Assembly: GCA_020725385.1 (NCBI GenBank)
Contig: DYFC01000014.1
Location: 1-28,950 of the forward strand
Direction of reading: 5' to 3'
Length of the DNA stretch: 28,950 bases
Source: Nitrospira japonica
GTDB lineage: Bacteria > Nitrospirota > Thermodesulfovibrionia > Thermodesulfovibrionales > SM23-35
Shown: piece after piece, positions 8,890 to 19,731 of the stretch
Position numbering within the stretch: position 1 is the first letter of the stretch
Layout: each line of letters opens with the position of its first letter
Notes under the pieces: model-generated
Database searches by the model: none
Seen by the model: the letters and a program-made list of their open reading frames with translations, nothing else
What the model was told of the DNA's origin: nothing
Position numbers and translations under genes: made by a program

Positions 8890-8955
8890 AATAGATAATT
8901 TTGAAAATTAAGGATGTATATAAATTTTACACCCTGCTATCAGGCGAATTAATTC

Positions 8956-9189
8956 TTATTCAAGAATTTCAAGTACGCAGCGTTTGCCAACCTTTGTTCC
9001 CGATGCGCTCAGGATTGTCCGCATTGCTCGTGCGGTTTTACCCTGTTTACCGATAACTTTCCCAAGATCACTCTGTGCAACCCTGAGTTCAAAAACAGTT
9101 GTTTTTTCTCCATCAACTTCGGTAACACTTACTTCTTCAGGTCTGTCAACCAGAGCCTTTGCCATTTTCTCAACTAATTCTTTCATCAT
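8956..9189 (-). CDS. khpA: KH-domain RNA-binding protein KhpA
   Basis: [25 protein letters not shown] GxxG KH motif; downstream of rpsP. Confidence 0.93.
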   Translation of the reverse strand: MMKELVEKMAKALVDRPEEVSVTEVDGEKTTVFELRVAQSDLGKVIGKQGKTARAMRTILSASGTKVGKRCVLEILE

Positions 9190-9219
9190 GTCCCACCTCC
9201 ATATGAGTTTAGGGCAAGA

Positions 9220-9456
9220 TTAAAGTCCAGCCCTTTGCATAAGCTTCTTTACTTTATCTGTAGGTTGTGCTCCATGTTGTAACCATATTTTAGCCTTCTC
9301 TATGTCAATCTTGACTTCAGAAGGTTCTTTTAAAGGATCATATGTCCCTAAAATTTCTATAAAAGGGCCGTCTCTTCTTGCCCTTGAATCTGCAACAACA
9401 ACCCTGTAGAAAGGTCTCTTATGCGCACCTAATCTTGTGAGCCTTATTTTTACCAA
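9220..9456 (-). CDS. rpsP: 30S ribosomal protein S16
   Basis: [31 protein letters not shown]; AGGAGGTGA SD with TTG start. Confidence 0.97.
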   Translation of the reverse strand: MVKIRLTRLGAHKRPFYRVVVADSRARRDGPFIEILGTYDPLKEPSEVKIDIEKAKIWLQHGAQPTDKVKKLMQRAGL

Positions 9457-9568
9457 AACATCACCTCCTTCTTAAAGTTTATAATTTTAATATATTTCAA
9501 TTCATAAAGTAAATATTTATGTTCAACCAATTGATTTAAATCCATATTTTGAGTTATTATTACAATCT

Positions 9569-10765
9569 ATGGATACAAAAAAATATTTAGAAGAATCAAG
9601 CCGTTATATTATGAATACATACAATAGATATCCCATTATTCTTAGAAAAGGCAGGGGTATGAAAGTATGGAGTTCGGACGGAAAAGAATACCTTGATTTT
9701 GTGGGAGGCGTGGCTGTCAATATACTCGGGCATTGTCATCCCAGGGTTGTTGTTGCTATTCAGAAACAGGCGCAGAGACTTATTCATGTCTCGAATTATT
9801 ATCATATAGAGCCCCAGATAAAGCTAGCCCGGTTACTTGTTGAGAATTCGTTCGCAGAAAAAGTATTCTTCTGCAATTCAGGAGCAGAAGCGATAGAAGC
9901 TGCAATCAAACTTGCCCGGAAATACGCAAAAGAAAATTTAAGTCCCGAACGTTATGAAATTATTACAGCTGAAAATTCATTTCATGGAAGAACATACGCA
10001 GCTGTAACTGCAACAGCACAGGAAAAATTTCATAAGGGTTTTGAACCGCTGGTTCCAGGGTTTGTTTATGTGCCTTTTAATAATATAAATGCTTTAGAAA
10101 ATTCTATAAATGAAAGAACATGTGCAGTTTTGCTCGAACCGATTCAGGGTGAAGGCGGGGTAAGAGTACCGGATATGGACTATCTCAGGCGGGTAAGGGA
10201 AATATGTAATGGAAATAATATATTATTGATACTCGATGAAGTTCAGACAGGAATGGGCAGGACCGGAAAGTTTTTTGCTCATGAACATTTTGGTATTACA
10301 CCGGATATAATGACAATTGCAAAAGGTCTTGGCGGTGGAGCGCCGATAGGAGCTATGCTTGCAACCGATAGAGTAGCGTCAGCATTTGTGCCCGGAAATC
10401 ATGCATCAACGTTTGGCGGTAATCCATTAGTCTGTGCTGCCGGCGTTGCTACTATAGAAACGTTGCTTGAAGATGGTTTTATCCTGGATCATTGCAAAAG
10501 AATGGGAAAGTATTTTATTGAAAAACTTCAAATTCTCAAAGAAAAATTTCCTTTGCTGGTTAAAGAGATAAGAGGGCTCGGATTGCTTATTGGCATGGAA
10601 TTAAATGCAGATTGTGCACGGATAGTTAAAACATGCATGGATAAGTGTGTTTTGATAAACTATACTTCCGGTAATGTACTTCGTTTTATTCCCCCTCTTA
10701 TTATTCAGAAAAAGGATATTGACCATTTAGTTGAAGTTCTTGAAGAAATTTTCCTCAAGATGTAG
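9569..10765 (+). CDS. argD: acetylornithine aminotransferase
   Basis: NSGAEA, SFHGRT, EPIQGEGG, DEVQTGMGRTG, AKGLGGG, HASTFGGNP; adjacent to argF. Confidence 0.94.
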   Translation: MDTKKYLEESSRYIMNTYNRYPIILRKGRGMKVWSSDGKEYLDFVGGVAVNILGHCHPRVVVAIQKQAQRLIHVSNYYHIEPQIKLARLLVENSFAEKVFFCNSGAEAIEAAIKLARKYAKENLSPERYEIITAENSFHGRTYAAVTATAQEKFHKGFEPLVPGFVYVPFNNINALENSINERTCAVLLEPIQGEGGVRVPDMDYLRRVREICNGNNILLILDEVQTGMGRTGKFFAHEHFGITPDIMTIAKGLGGGAPIGAMLATDRVASAFVPGNHASTFGGNPLVCAAGVATIETLLEDGFILDHCKRMGKYFIEKLQILKEKFPLLVKEIRGLGLLIGMELNADCARIVKTCMDKCVLINYTSGNVLRFIPPLIIQKKDIDHLVEVLEEIFLKM

Positions 10766-10810
10766 CCTTATTATCATTTCGTGTTTTGTTAAGGATGAGA
10801 GGTTATTTTT

Positions 10811-11704
10811 ATGAAAAGAGATTTTTTAACTGTAATGGATTTATCTTCTAATGAATTAAATATTTTGCTTAAAAGGTCAATTGATTTTAAAAAAGGTATT
10901 GATGCAAATAAATGTCCTTTAATAGGAAAGAGTATAGGTCTTCTTTTCGAAAAAGCATCGACAAGAACAAGAATATCTTTTGAGGTAGGAATATATCAAC
11001 TGGGGGCACAGGCAATATATATGAATCCCAAAGAAATACAGATAGGAAGGGGTGAAACTCTTCATGATACTGCAAAAGTAATGTCAAGGTACCTTCACGG
11101 AGTCATAATTCGCACTTTCAGTCATAAAACCCTTGAAGAATTTGCAAGATATTCTTCTGTTCCTGTAATAAACGGTCTTAGTGATAAACACCATCCCTGT
11201 CAGGCGCTTGCTGATCTGATGACAATTCTTGAAAAGAAAGGAACCCTCGAGGGGATTAAACTTGCTTTTGTTGGAGATGGCAATAATGTCGCAAATTCAC
11301 TCATTGAAGCTTCTTCAATAGCAAAGATTAAGATGAAAATTGCATGTCCCAAAGGATATGAACCCGCCCCGGATGTATTAAAACGCGCAAATGGATATGT
11401 AGAAGTTTTGAACGATCCTCTTAAAGCTGTTGAAAATGCAGATGTTGTGTATACCGATGTATGGGTAAGTATGGGACAGGAAAAGGAAGCTTTAATGAAA
11501 AGAAAAAAGTTTAAAAAATATCAGATTAATAAAAAAATCCTCGAGCGCGCAAAAAAAGATGCCATCGTTCTACACTGTATGCCAGCTCATAGAGGCGAGG
11601 AAATAACTGATGAAGTAATGGATGGACCGCAAAGTGTTGTTTTTGATCAGGCAGAAAATAGACTCCATACCCAAAAGGCTTTGCTTGAGTTTTTAATGTC
11701 TTAA
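10811..11704 (+). CDS. argF: ornithine carbamoyltransferase
   Basis: STRTR, HPCQALAD, GDGNNV, DVWVSMG, HCMPAHRGEE, DQAENRLH. Confidence 0.96.
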   Translation: MKRDFLTVMDLSSNELNILLKRSIDFKKGIDANKCPLIGKSIGLLFEKASTRTRISFEVGIYQLGAQAIYMNPKEIQIGRGETLHDTAKVMSRYLHGVIIRTFSHKTLEEFARYSSVPVINGLSDKHHPCQALADLMTILEKKGTLEGIKLAFVGDGNNVANSLIEASSIAKIKMKIACPKGYEPAPDVLKRANGYVEVLNDPLKAVENADVVYTDVWVSMGQEKEALMKRKKFKKYQINKKILERAKKDAIVLHCMPAHRGEEITDEVMDGPQSVVFDQAENRLHTQKALLEFLMS

Positions 11705-11720
11705 TATTGAAAATGCTTTT

Positions 11721-12566
11721 ATGAAAAACTCTTTTCTTTTTTTATTTCTTTTAGCGATTATATTTTTGCCTGAATCTGTTTTTGGAAAGTCAGTTATTAT
11801 ACAGACTACACCTGAAAAAATTTATCCGGGAGATGCTTTTTTAATTAAAATTAAAAATTTAAGAAGCAAAAATATCCCTGTTGCTATTGTTAATAAAAAA
11901 GAATTTGTTTTTGTTGAAAATGACAAAAATTCCTATATTGCGATAGGGGCAATGGATATAAATTCCAAACCCAAAAAATATAAGATTAGAATTAAGTCGG
12001 GTAATAAAATTTTTTGGAGTTATTTACATGTTAAAAAGAAAAAATTTCCTTCAATACACATAAATCTTCCTGAAGAAAAAGTTTTTCCAAATGAAATTGA
12101 TCAATTAAGAATTGCAGATGAAAAATGTAAAATGGAACAGATATGGCAGTTAACTACTGAAAAAAAATGGGAAGGAAGTTTTATACTGCCTATTAAAAAT
12201 GAAATATCAACAAAATTTGGTGCAAAAAGAATAATGAATCAAAAGTTGACAAGCATTCACTGGGGAATAGACTTCAAAGCACAAGAAGGTGAAGGAATTA
12301 AAGCTTCAAATAATGGAAAAGTTGTTTTGACCGAGAATCTGTTCTACGGTGGAAATACAATTGTGATTGATCATGGTCTTGGAATCTATTCAATATATAT
12401 GCATTTATCTGATATAAAAGTGAAACCCAATGATGAAATTAAAAAAGGCGAAGTAATCGGGAATGTTGGTTCAACAGGCAGGGCTACCGGACCGCATTTA
12501 CATTTTGGAATCAAAATAAACGGGATTAATGTGAGCCCGGTTTCATTAATAAAACTAAATATTTAA
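11721..12566 (+). CDS. secreted M23 family metallopeptidase
   Basis: Signal peptide; HxxxD (HWGID), YMHL, GSTGRATGPHLHF. Confidence 0.9.
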   Translation: MKNSFLFLFLLAIIFLPESVFGKSVIIQTTPEKIYPGDAFLIKIKNLRSKNIPVAIVNKKEFVFVENDKNSYIAIGAMDINSKPKKYKIRIKSGNKIFWSYLHVKKKKFPSIHINLPEEKVFPNEIDQLRIADEKCKMEQIWQLTTEKKWEGSFILPIKNEISTKFGAKRIMNQKLTSIHWGIDFKAQEGEGIKASNNGKVVLTENLFYGGNTIVIDHGLGIYSIYMHLSDIKVKPNDEIKKGEVIGNVGSTGRATGPHLHFGIKINGINVSPVSLIKLNI

Positions 12567-12587
12567 GATGTTCCACCCTGGATACAG

Positions 12588-12875
12588 TTATTCTATAATT
12601 TTTGGAACCCTGTAAAATATTTCTGTATGTGACGGGCAATTTTTGAGAGCTTCTTCAACTGATAATGAAGTGCCGGGAATATCTTCACGCATAACATTAT
12701 TTAGTGAAATCACATGGGAAGTTGGTTCTATATCTTTGGTATCAAGTTTATTTAACTGTTCTACATAATCAAGGATACTGCTTAGCTGTGAACCAAATAG
12801 TTCTTTTTCCCCTTCGGTAAGATTAAGTCTGGCCAGAGTTGCAATATGCTCTATTTCTTTTTTAGAAATTTTCAT
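12588..12875 (-). CDS. gatC: Asp/Glu-tRNA amidotransferase subunit C
   Basis: IEHIATLARL, ILDYVEQL, EPTSH, MRED, YRVPKIIE; start set to ATG 12875, right after the pcrA stop. Confidence 0.94.
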   Translation of the reverse strand: MKISKKEIEHIATLARLNLTEGEKELFGSQLSSILDYVEQLNKLDTKDIEPTSHVISLNNVMREDIPGTSLSVEEALKNCPSHTEIFYRVPKIIE

Positions 12876-12876
12876 G

Positions 12877-14976
12877 CTAAATTTTTTCGAGATTTGCGAA
12901 ACGAACCGCAAGGCGCTTTATCCCTATATTGGGAAAATTTACCATAACCTTAGCGTCATCGCCATCACCGTAACAATCCCGTACCACACCGATTCCCCAT
13001 GATGGATGTTTTACCCTGCATCCGGTTGTATATATAGTGAAGTTCTCTGCTATTTTAATTTTTTGTTTTATGGTGGAGATTTGAATTGGATGATTAAAAG
13101 AGATTTTTTCCATCCATTTGCAACATTCTTTCGGGACATCTTTGAGAAAGCGGGAGGGTTCCTGTTCCTGTAACTTTGCATAAAGCTTTCGTTTTCTGGC
13201 TCCTGTAAGCCAGAGTATATCTTTTGCCCTTGTCATGCCAACATAGAACAATCTTCTTTCCTCTGCTATTTCTTCTTCATTATTAAGGGCTTTACAATAA
13301 GGAAGCACTCCTTCTTCAAGACCTGTTATAAAGACTACCGGGAATTCAAGTCCTTTTGCATTATGCAAGGTCATTAATGAAACACAGTCTGTGTTACATG
13401 GTTCGTCCATGTTTGTTATCAGAGATATTCTATCAATGAAATCTTTTATATCTTTATTATTAGAGGAAGAGATAAGGTCTTCAATATTGTTTTTTCTCTC
13501 TTCTTCAAAAAATTCAGAAAGCCCGGTTATTTCATAAATATGTTCGAGCATATCCCCGGCTGATTTATATTTTGTTGCAGAAAATGTATCTATCATATTT
13601 ACAAACTCGGTGAGTTTTTCTTTAACTGCAGGCGCAAAGCTTTCTCCCTTTAATGATAATTTTAAAGCATCAAAAAGAGATAGGGATTTTTTTCTGGCTT
13701 CATGTTCTATTTTTGATATTGTAGCAGAACCTATACCACGGTGCGGAATATTTATAATTCTTCTGAAACTCACATTATCACCATGATTTAGAGCCAGCCT
13801 CATGAATGCTATAATATCTTTTATTTCTTTCCTTTGGTAAAAACTAATTCCCCCGACGATTCTATATGGAATCCCGTTGTCTCTTAGTGCGTCTTCCAGT
13901 ACCCTTGCCTGAAGGTTAACTCTATAGAAAACTGCAAAATCCCTGTAAGAATTAGTTCCTTTGAGATAATATTCTTTAATGACCCTTGCAATATATTTTG
14001 CTTCATCCTCGTAAGTATTAAACCAGCAGAATTGGACTTTTTCACCCCTTCCTTTTTCGGTCCAGAGGTTCTTATTTTTTCTTTTTGAATTTCGTGAAAT
14101 TACAGCTCCGGAAACATCAAGAATATGCTGGGTGCATCTATAGTTTTGTTCGAGTTTTATTATCTTTGTGCCAGTAAAGTCTTTTTCGAAGTTGTAAATA
14201 TTATTGATGTTTGCTCCTCTGAATTTATAGATACTCTGGTCATCATCTCCAACAACACATATGTTTTTATGTCCGGATGCAAGCAGTTTTAAAAGGTGGT
14301 ATTGTGCAAAATTTGTGTCCTGGAATTCGTCAACGAGGATATATTGAAATTTATTCTGATACATTTCGAGAATATCACGGTATTCTTTGAACAGCTTTAC
14401 GGTTAGCATGATAAGATCATCAAAATCGAGTGCGTTACATCTTTTTAATTCATCCTGATACCTTACATAGACTTTTGCAAGTTTTTCATCGAATCCAAAT
14501 CCGTCTCCTGTTGAAAGAAAGTCCTGGGGGCTTATTAAAGATGATTTAAGGAAGCTAATGCGTGTAACGATACCCTTATAGAGAGCTTCATATATTTTGA
14601 ATTCTTTGAGTATATGTCTAACAAGATTATACTGGTCATCTTCGTCGTAAATCGTGAAATTATTGTTATACCCGAGTACTTTTATTTCTTTTCTTAATAT
14701 TCTGCTACATTGAGAATGAAATGTACCGATCCATGCTCCATTAATATCTTTTTCAATTAATCTACTTATCCGCTCCTTCATTTCATCGGCAGCTTTATTT
14801 GTGAATGTTACAGTAAAAATTGAGTCATGAGATAGTTTTTTTACTTTTGTGAGGTGAATGAATTTATGAGCTATTAATCTTGTCTTACCACTTCCTGCAC
14901 CTGCGAATACAAGCATCGGCCCCTCTGAATAATTAAGGGCTTCTTTTTGTTTGGGATTTAGATCATACATGGGCAT
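12877..14976 (-). CDS. pcrA: UvrD/PcrA SF1 DNA helicase
   Basis: AGAGSGKT, TFTNKAA, DEFQDTN, VGDDDQSIY, LEQNYR, HNAKGLEF, EERRLFYVGMTRA; C-terminal Tudor-like HPSWGIG domain. Confidence 0.92.
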   Translation of the reverse strand: MPMYDLNPKQKEALNYSEGPMLVFAGAGSGKTRLIAHKFIHLTKVKKLSHDSIFTVTFTNKAADEMKERISRLIEKDINGAWIGTFHSQCSRILRKEIKVLGYNNNFTIYDEDDQYNLVRHILKEFKIYEALYKGIVTRISFLKSSLISPQDFLSTGDGFGFDEKLAKVYVRYQDELKRCNALDFDDLIMLTVKLFKEYRDILEMYQNKFQYILVDEFQDTNFAQYHLLKLLASGHKNICVVGDDDQSIYKFRGANINNIYNFEKDFTGTKIIKLEQNYRCTQHILDVSGAVISRNSKRKNKNLWTEKGRGEKVQFCWFNTYEDEAKYIARVIKEYYLKGTNSYRDFAVFYRVNLQARVLEDALRDNGIPYRIVGGISFYQRKEIKDIIAFMRLALNHGDNVSFRRIINIPHRGIGSATISKIEHEARKKSLSLFDALKLSLKGESFAPAVKEKLTEFVNMIDTFSATKYKSAGDMLEHIYEITGLSEFFEEERKNNIEDLISSSNNKDIKDFIDRISLITNMDEPCNTDCVSLMTLHNAKGLEFPVVFITGLEEGVLPYCKALNNEEEIAEERRLFYVGMTRAKDILWLTGARKRKLYAKLQEQEPSRFLKDVPKECCKWMEKISFNHPIQISTIKQKIKIAENFTIYTTGCRVKHPSWGIGVVRDCYGDGDDAKVMVNFPNIGIKRLAVRFANLEKI

Positions 14977-15067
14977 CTCCTTTGACGTATAAATAATATA
15001 ACAGATTTAAGACTAAAAAATCCAGAAATCATAAAGGGTTACAAATTTTTTATACATCAAACCCTTC

Positions 15068-16894
15068 TTATTCTACAGTAACACTCTTGGCAAGATTACG
15101 TGGTTGATCAACATCACATCCTCTTAAAACAGCAATATGATAGGCAAGAAGCTGCATCGGAACTGTAAAAATAATTGTTGCCAGGAATGTACTGGTCTCA
15201 GGAACTATGATACATCTGTCAGAGAAACTACAGATGTCATTTGTGCCTGAGTTTGTAAAAGCTATGATCTTCCCCCCTCTGCTTTTAACCTCCTGAATAT
15301 TTGATAAAATTTTACTCTGAAGTTCATCCTTTGGAGCAAGCACAACAACTGGAAGTTCTTCATCAATCAAAGCTATAGGTCCGTGTTTCATTTCACCTGC
15401 GGGATAACCTTCAGCATGTATATATGATATTTCTTTTAGTTTCAAAGCTCCTTCAAGAGCAACAGGAAAACATATGCCTCTTGCAAGATACAGAAAATCT
15501 GTTACCTTAAAAAACTCACGGGCAATATTTTTTATCTGATTATCTGATTGAAGTGTTTCTTCTACTTTTCCTGGAAGAAGAAGAATTTCTCTTAACATGT
15601 CTTGAGCTTTTTGTTTTGAGATCATTTCTTTAATAATACCAAGCGCAATTGTGAAAAGGTATATCCCAACAATTTGAGTAGTGAAAGCTTTTGTGGAAGC
15701 GACTCCTATTTCAGGACCAGAATGAGTGTAAAAAACTCCATCAGCTTCTCTTGAAGATGTGCTTCCGACAACATTGCATATCGAGAGAACTGTTGCTCCA
15801 AGTTTTTTTGCCTCTCTTTGTGCAGCAAGTGTATCAGCGGTTTCACCTGATTGTGTTATTACAATCATTAGATCACCTTTATTGATAATTGGTTTTCTGT
15901 AACGGAATTCAGACGCAATATCAACTTCAACAGGTATTCTTACGAGTTCTTCGATCATGTATTTCCCAATAAGCGCTGCATGATATGAAGTCCCACAGGC
16001 TACGATGAAGATTTTATTGATATTTTTTAATTTTCCCTCTGTAACCGCAAATTCTTCGAGATTGACTTCACCTGTTTCAGCATTAAATCTTCCTCTTAAA
16101 GTATCAGCAATAGCTCTTGGCTGTTCATATATTTCTTTGAGCATGAAATGTCTGAACCCACCTTTTTCAGCCATTGAAGGGCTCCACGAAATTGTCTGGA
16201 TTGTTTTATCAAGAATCTTTCCTTCGAGATCAGTAAAAACAGCCTCATCTTTTGAGAGAATAACCATCTCACAATCATTTAGGAAGGCTACTTTGTTTGT
16301 ATAATTTAAAAATGGTGGGATGTCTGAAGCCAAAAAGTATTCACCTTCACTAATTCCTGCAACTAAAGGGCTATCTTTTCTTACACCTACTATTTTATCA
16401 GGTTCTTTTTCATTTATAACTGCGATAGCATAAGCTCCTTTAACTTCTTTTAAAGCTGCTCTAACAGCATCCTCAAGAGAGAGTGTCTTAGAATAATAAT
16501 TAATGAGGTGAGACAATACTTCTGTATCGGTTTCGGATTTAAAAACATAGCCTTTTTCAATTAATTGTTTTTTCAAATCAAGATAGTTTTCGATTATGCC
16601 ATTATGAACAAGAACAATTCCATCTGACCTGTGTGGATGTGCATTTTCTTCAGAAGGTTTACCATGAGTAGCCCATCTTGTATGCCCTATTGCTGTAAAG
16701 CTTTCAGGATTCTCTGCTTCAAGCATTGAAGAGAGTTCTTTTATTTTTCCTGTCTTGCGTCTGACTTCAATCTTGCCATTTGAGAAGAAAGCTATTCCAG
16801 CAGAGTCATAACCTCTGTATTCAAGACGTTTGAGTCCTTCAATGACTATTTGAACTGCATTTCGATTTCCGATATATCCTATTATGCCGCACAT
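15068..16894 (-). CDS. glmS: glutamine-fructose-6-phosphate aminotransferase
   Basis: MCGIIG, LEYRGYDSAG, HTRWATHG, QSGETADT, PRNLAKSVTVE. Confidence 0.98.
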   Translation of the reverse strand: MCGIIGYIGNRNAVQIVIEGLKRLEYRGYDSAGIAFFSNGKIEVRRKTGKIKELSSMLEAENPESFTAIGHTRWATHGKPSEENAHPHRSDGIVLVHNGIIENYLDLKKQLIEKGYVFKSETDTEVLSHLINYYSKTLSLEDAVRAALKEVKGAYAIAVINEKEPDKIVGVRKDSPLVAGISEGEYFLASDIPPFLNYTNKVAFLNDCEMVILSKDEAVFTDLEGKILDKTIQTISWSPSMAEKGGFRHFMLKEIYEQPRAIADTLRGRFNAETGEVNLEEFAVTEGKLKNINKIFIVACGTSYHAALIGKYMIEELVRIPVEVDIASEFRYRKPIINKGDLMIVITQSGETADTLAAQREAKKLGATVLSICNVVGSTSSREADGVFYTHSGPEIGVASTKAFTTQIVGIYLFTIALGIIKEMISKQKAQDMLREILLLPGKVEETLQSDNQIKNIAREFFKVTDFLYLARGICFPVALEGALKLKEISYIHAEGYPAGEMKHGPIALIDEELPVVVLAPKDELQSKILSNIQEVKSRGGKIIAFTNSGTNDICSFSDRCIIVPETSTFLATIIFTVPMQLLAYHIAVLRGCDVDQPRNLAKSVTVE

Positions 16895-16895
16895 A

Positions 16896-18290
16896 TTATT
16901 TCTTTTTTGTTTTCTTTTCTTTTAATCGCCTTTTAATCGCCCAACCTTCTATATTTTTTTGTTCAACTCTACTTAAAGCAAGAGAATCCGGAGGAACATT
17001 TACTGTAATTGTAGAGCCTGCTCCAACAAAAGCTCCTTTGCCTACTGTAACCGGAGCAACAAGCTGGGTATCACTTCCTATAAAAACATTATCTTCAATA
17101 GTAGTTATATATTTGTTTTTACCATCATAATTGCATGTTATTGTCCCTGCACCAATATTTACATTATTGCCAATTTTTGCATCTCCTAAATAAGACAAAT
17201 GGGAGGCTTTTGTGCCTTGACCGATAATTGATTTTTTTACCTCAACAAAATTTCCGATTTTAGCATTTTCGCAAACAACCGACCCCGGACGTATATGTGC
17301 AAAAGGTCCTATTACAGCATTGCTTTTTATAATAGAGCCCTCAATAAGTGTTGAATCTTTTATTGTAGCTTTATCACCTATTTCACTGTTAATTATTCTA
17401 ACGTTCGGATATATATTGCATCCTTCTCCGATGGTGGTATATCCTTCAATGATTACATTAGGGTAAATAACTGTTCCACGTCCTATTTGTACATTAGGTG
17501 AGATAAATGTGGAATTTGAATCAATAAAAGTAACGCCTGATTCAAGAAATTTTTTTATAATACGGTATCTCATAGTAGTTGCAACAAGATTAAGTTCTTC
17601 CTGGGTGTTGACTCCTGTTAGTTCATCCTCGAAACCGATACAGATTGCATCTGTTTGAAATCCTTTGTTTCTGGCTATTTCTACAATATCTGTTAAGTAA
17701 TATTCACCTTTTGATTTGTTTACCGGTATTTTCTTAAGAAGATTCAATGCATTATTTTCAATTGCGTATATTCCGCTGTTTACTTCTTTTATTTTTTTCT
17801 GTTCTTCCGATGCATCTCTTTGCTCTATTATTGAAGTAACCCTGCCTTTTTCATCCCTTAAAATCCTGCCATAGGATGAAGGTTCTTTTGATTCAAAAGA
17901 TAGAACAGATACCTGATTTTTCCTTTTTTTATGAAGTGCTATAAAATTTAAGATAGTGCTTTTTGTAATCAGCGGAGTATCACCATTTGCAATAAGTACA
18001 GTACCTTTAAAACCTTTAAGTGAAGGTAAAGCTTTCAGCGCAGCATTTCCTGTGCCTTTAGGTTCTGCCTGTTTTGCGAATATTATATCATTATGCTTTG
18101 GAATTGCTTCTTTTATCTCGTTAATATTCTTGCCTGCAACTATGATTAATTTCTCCGGGTTAATAGATTTAATTGTATCAATTACATATTGAAGCATTGG
18201 TTTGCCGAGTATTCGATGAAGAACCTTTGGAATATTAGATTTCATCCTTGTCCCAAGGCCAGCAGCAAGTACGACAGCGGAAAGTTTCAT
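16896..18290 (-). CDS. glmU: bifunctional UDP-GlcNAc pyrophosphorylase / glucosamine-1-P acetyltransferase
   Basis: LAAGLGTRMKS, EYYLTD, hexapeptide repeats, HLSYLGDA, CNYDG. Confidence 0.97.
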   Translation of the reverse strand: MKLSAVVLAAGLGTRMKSNIPKVLHRILGKPMLQYVIDTIKSINPEKLIIVAGKNINEIKEAIPKHNDIIFAKQAEPKGTGNAALKALPSLKGFKGTVLIANGDTPLITKSTILNFIALHKKRKNQVSVLSFESKEPSSYGRILRDEKGRVTSIIEQRDASEEQKKIKEVNSGIYAIENNALNLLKKIPVNKSKGEYYLTDIVEIARNKGFQTDAICIGFEDELTGVNTQEELNLVATTMRYRIIKKFLESGVTFIDSNSTFISPNVQIGRGTVIYPNVIIEGYTTIGEGCNIYPNVRIINSEIGDKATIKDSTLIEGSIIKSNAVIGPFAHIRPGSVVCENAKIGNFVEVKKSIIGQGTKASHLSYLGDAKIGNNVNIGAGTITCNYDGKNKYITTIEDNVFIGSDTQLVAPVTVGKGAFVGAGSTITVNVPPDSLALSRVEQKNIEGWAIKRRLKEKKTKKK

Positions 18291-18907
18291 TCTTTTGCCT
18301 CTATTAGTTTTGATGGAGTAGCAATTCCACCTGAGAGAATGACTTTAATACCTTCATCAATAGGAATATCGGTATAAAACATATTTTCTTCCTTAAAAAG
18401 CACAATCTCACCAAGATAAAGATTGTTTGTGGGGATATATACTGCATTCAATTTAGATTCATTCCCGTCCCGGTCCTTTTTAATAACACTTCCTTTTGTA
18501 AGAAAACCAAAAGAAAAAACACCCGGACGGGGATACTCTACTAATACAAATTTTTTAAATGATACTTCTTTGCTCTCTGGTGAAAAAGCATCAACAAGCT
18601 GTTTAACAGCAGTGTAAATACCCTTGAATACCGGAATCCTGAGCATAATTTTTTCAGCATATCCTATTATCCTCTGACCTATGACATTTGTAGAAATTAT
18701 TCCTATGATAAATATGATGACAATAGCTGAAATAAATCCGAGACCCCGTACATGGTAGCCGAGAAGATTATAATAGAAGGGTTCAAGCAATCCATCAACA
18801 AGCTTGAAAAACCAGCTAATTACAATTAATGTTACTATTGCCGGTATGGAAATTATTAACCCTGCAAAGAATCTGCGCTTGAAAGTTGAACGTATGGAAG
18901 TATGCAT
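18287..18907 (-). CDS. DUF502 family membrane protein
   Basis: FFAGL, RIPVFKGIYTAVKQ, VLVEYPRPG, VYIPT, ILSGG; ATG 18907 chosen (next to yebC stop). Confidence 0.85.
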   Translation of the reverse strand: MHTSIRSTFKRRFFAGLIISIPAIVTLIVISWFFKLVDGLLEPFYYNLLGYHVRGLGFISAIVIIFIIGIISTNVIGQRIIGYAEKIMLRIPVFKGIYTAVKQLVDAFSPESKEVSFKKFVLVEYPRPGVFSFGFLTKGSVIKKDRDGNESKLNAVYIPTNNLYLGEIVLFKEENMFYTDIPIDEGIKVILSGGIATPSKLIEAKE

Positions 18908-18908
18908 A

Positions 18909-19664
18909 TTACTTCCCAACTTTACTAATTACCTCATCAGGCGCATCAAAATTTGTATAAACATTCTGAATATCGTCATGATCTTCAAGAGCTTCAATCA
19001 GACGTATCATTTGTTCGGCATTTTTACCATCAAGTGTGGCATAGTTCTTTGGAAGCATAGTTATTTCGGCAAATGATACCTGAATACCTGCTTTTTCAAT
19101 GCTTGATTTTACAATATTCATATTCTCTGGAGTTGTTATAATCTCAAAACTATCTTCTTTGGGGTCATTTTTCATGTCTTCAGCACCTGCTTCAAGTACA
19201 ATTGACATGAGCGAGTCCTCATCTATCTTTGTTTTATCAACAAGAATATAACCTTTTTTCTGAAACATCCATGCAACACATCCGGACTCGCCAAGATTGC
19301 CACCATTTTTTGACATTATATGTCTTATTTCAGAGCTTGTTCTATTTTTATTATCAGTCACAATTTCCATAAGAATTGCAGCGCCACCGGGTCCATAACC
19401 TTCATAAACCAATTCTTCATAGGTAACACCTGGAAGTTCCCCGGTGCCTTTCATAATTGCCCGTTTGATGTTATCTGCAGGCATATTAACTTCCTTAGCT
19501 TTTTCAATTGCTGTTCTCAGTCTTGGATTTCCTGAAGGGTCACTGCCGCCGATTCTTGCTGCAACAGTGAGTTCTTTAACAATTTTTGTAAAGATTTTCC
19601 CGCGTTTTGCGTCAGTACTTGCTTTTTTATGCTTTATCTGAGCCCATTTAGAGTGTCCAGCCAC
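18909..19664 (-). CDS. yebC: YebC/PmpR family protein
   Basis: [43 protein letters not shown]. Confidence 0.96.
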   Translation of the reverse strand: MAGHSKWAQIKHKKASTDAKRGKIFTKIVKELTVAARIGGSDPSGNPRLRTAIEKAKEVNMPADNIKRAIMKGTGELPGVTYEELVYEGYGPGGAAILMEIVTDNKNRTSSEIRHIMSKNGGNLGESGCVAWMFQKKGYILVDKTKIDEDSLMSIVLEAGAEDMKNDPKEDSFEIITTPENMNIVKSSIEKAGIQVSFAEITMLPKNYATLDGKNAEQMIRLIEALEDHDDIQNVYTNFDAPDEVISKVGK

Positions 19665-19731
19665 AACAATCCTCCGGTTAAATTATTGAAGAATAAGATA
19701 AATTTATGATAATTCTATATGAATGATACTG

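Noticed and set aside
15034-15066. Terminator after glmS (AAGGGTT...AACCCTT)
   Set aside because: Short stem, large loop and poor U-tract
16894-16900. glmS ribozyme
   Set aside because: glmS starts 1 nt after glmU, leaving no leader
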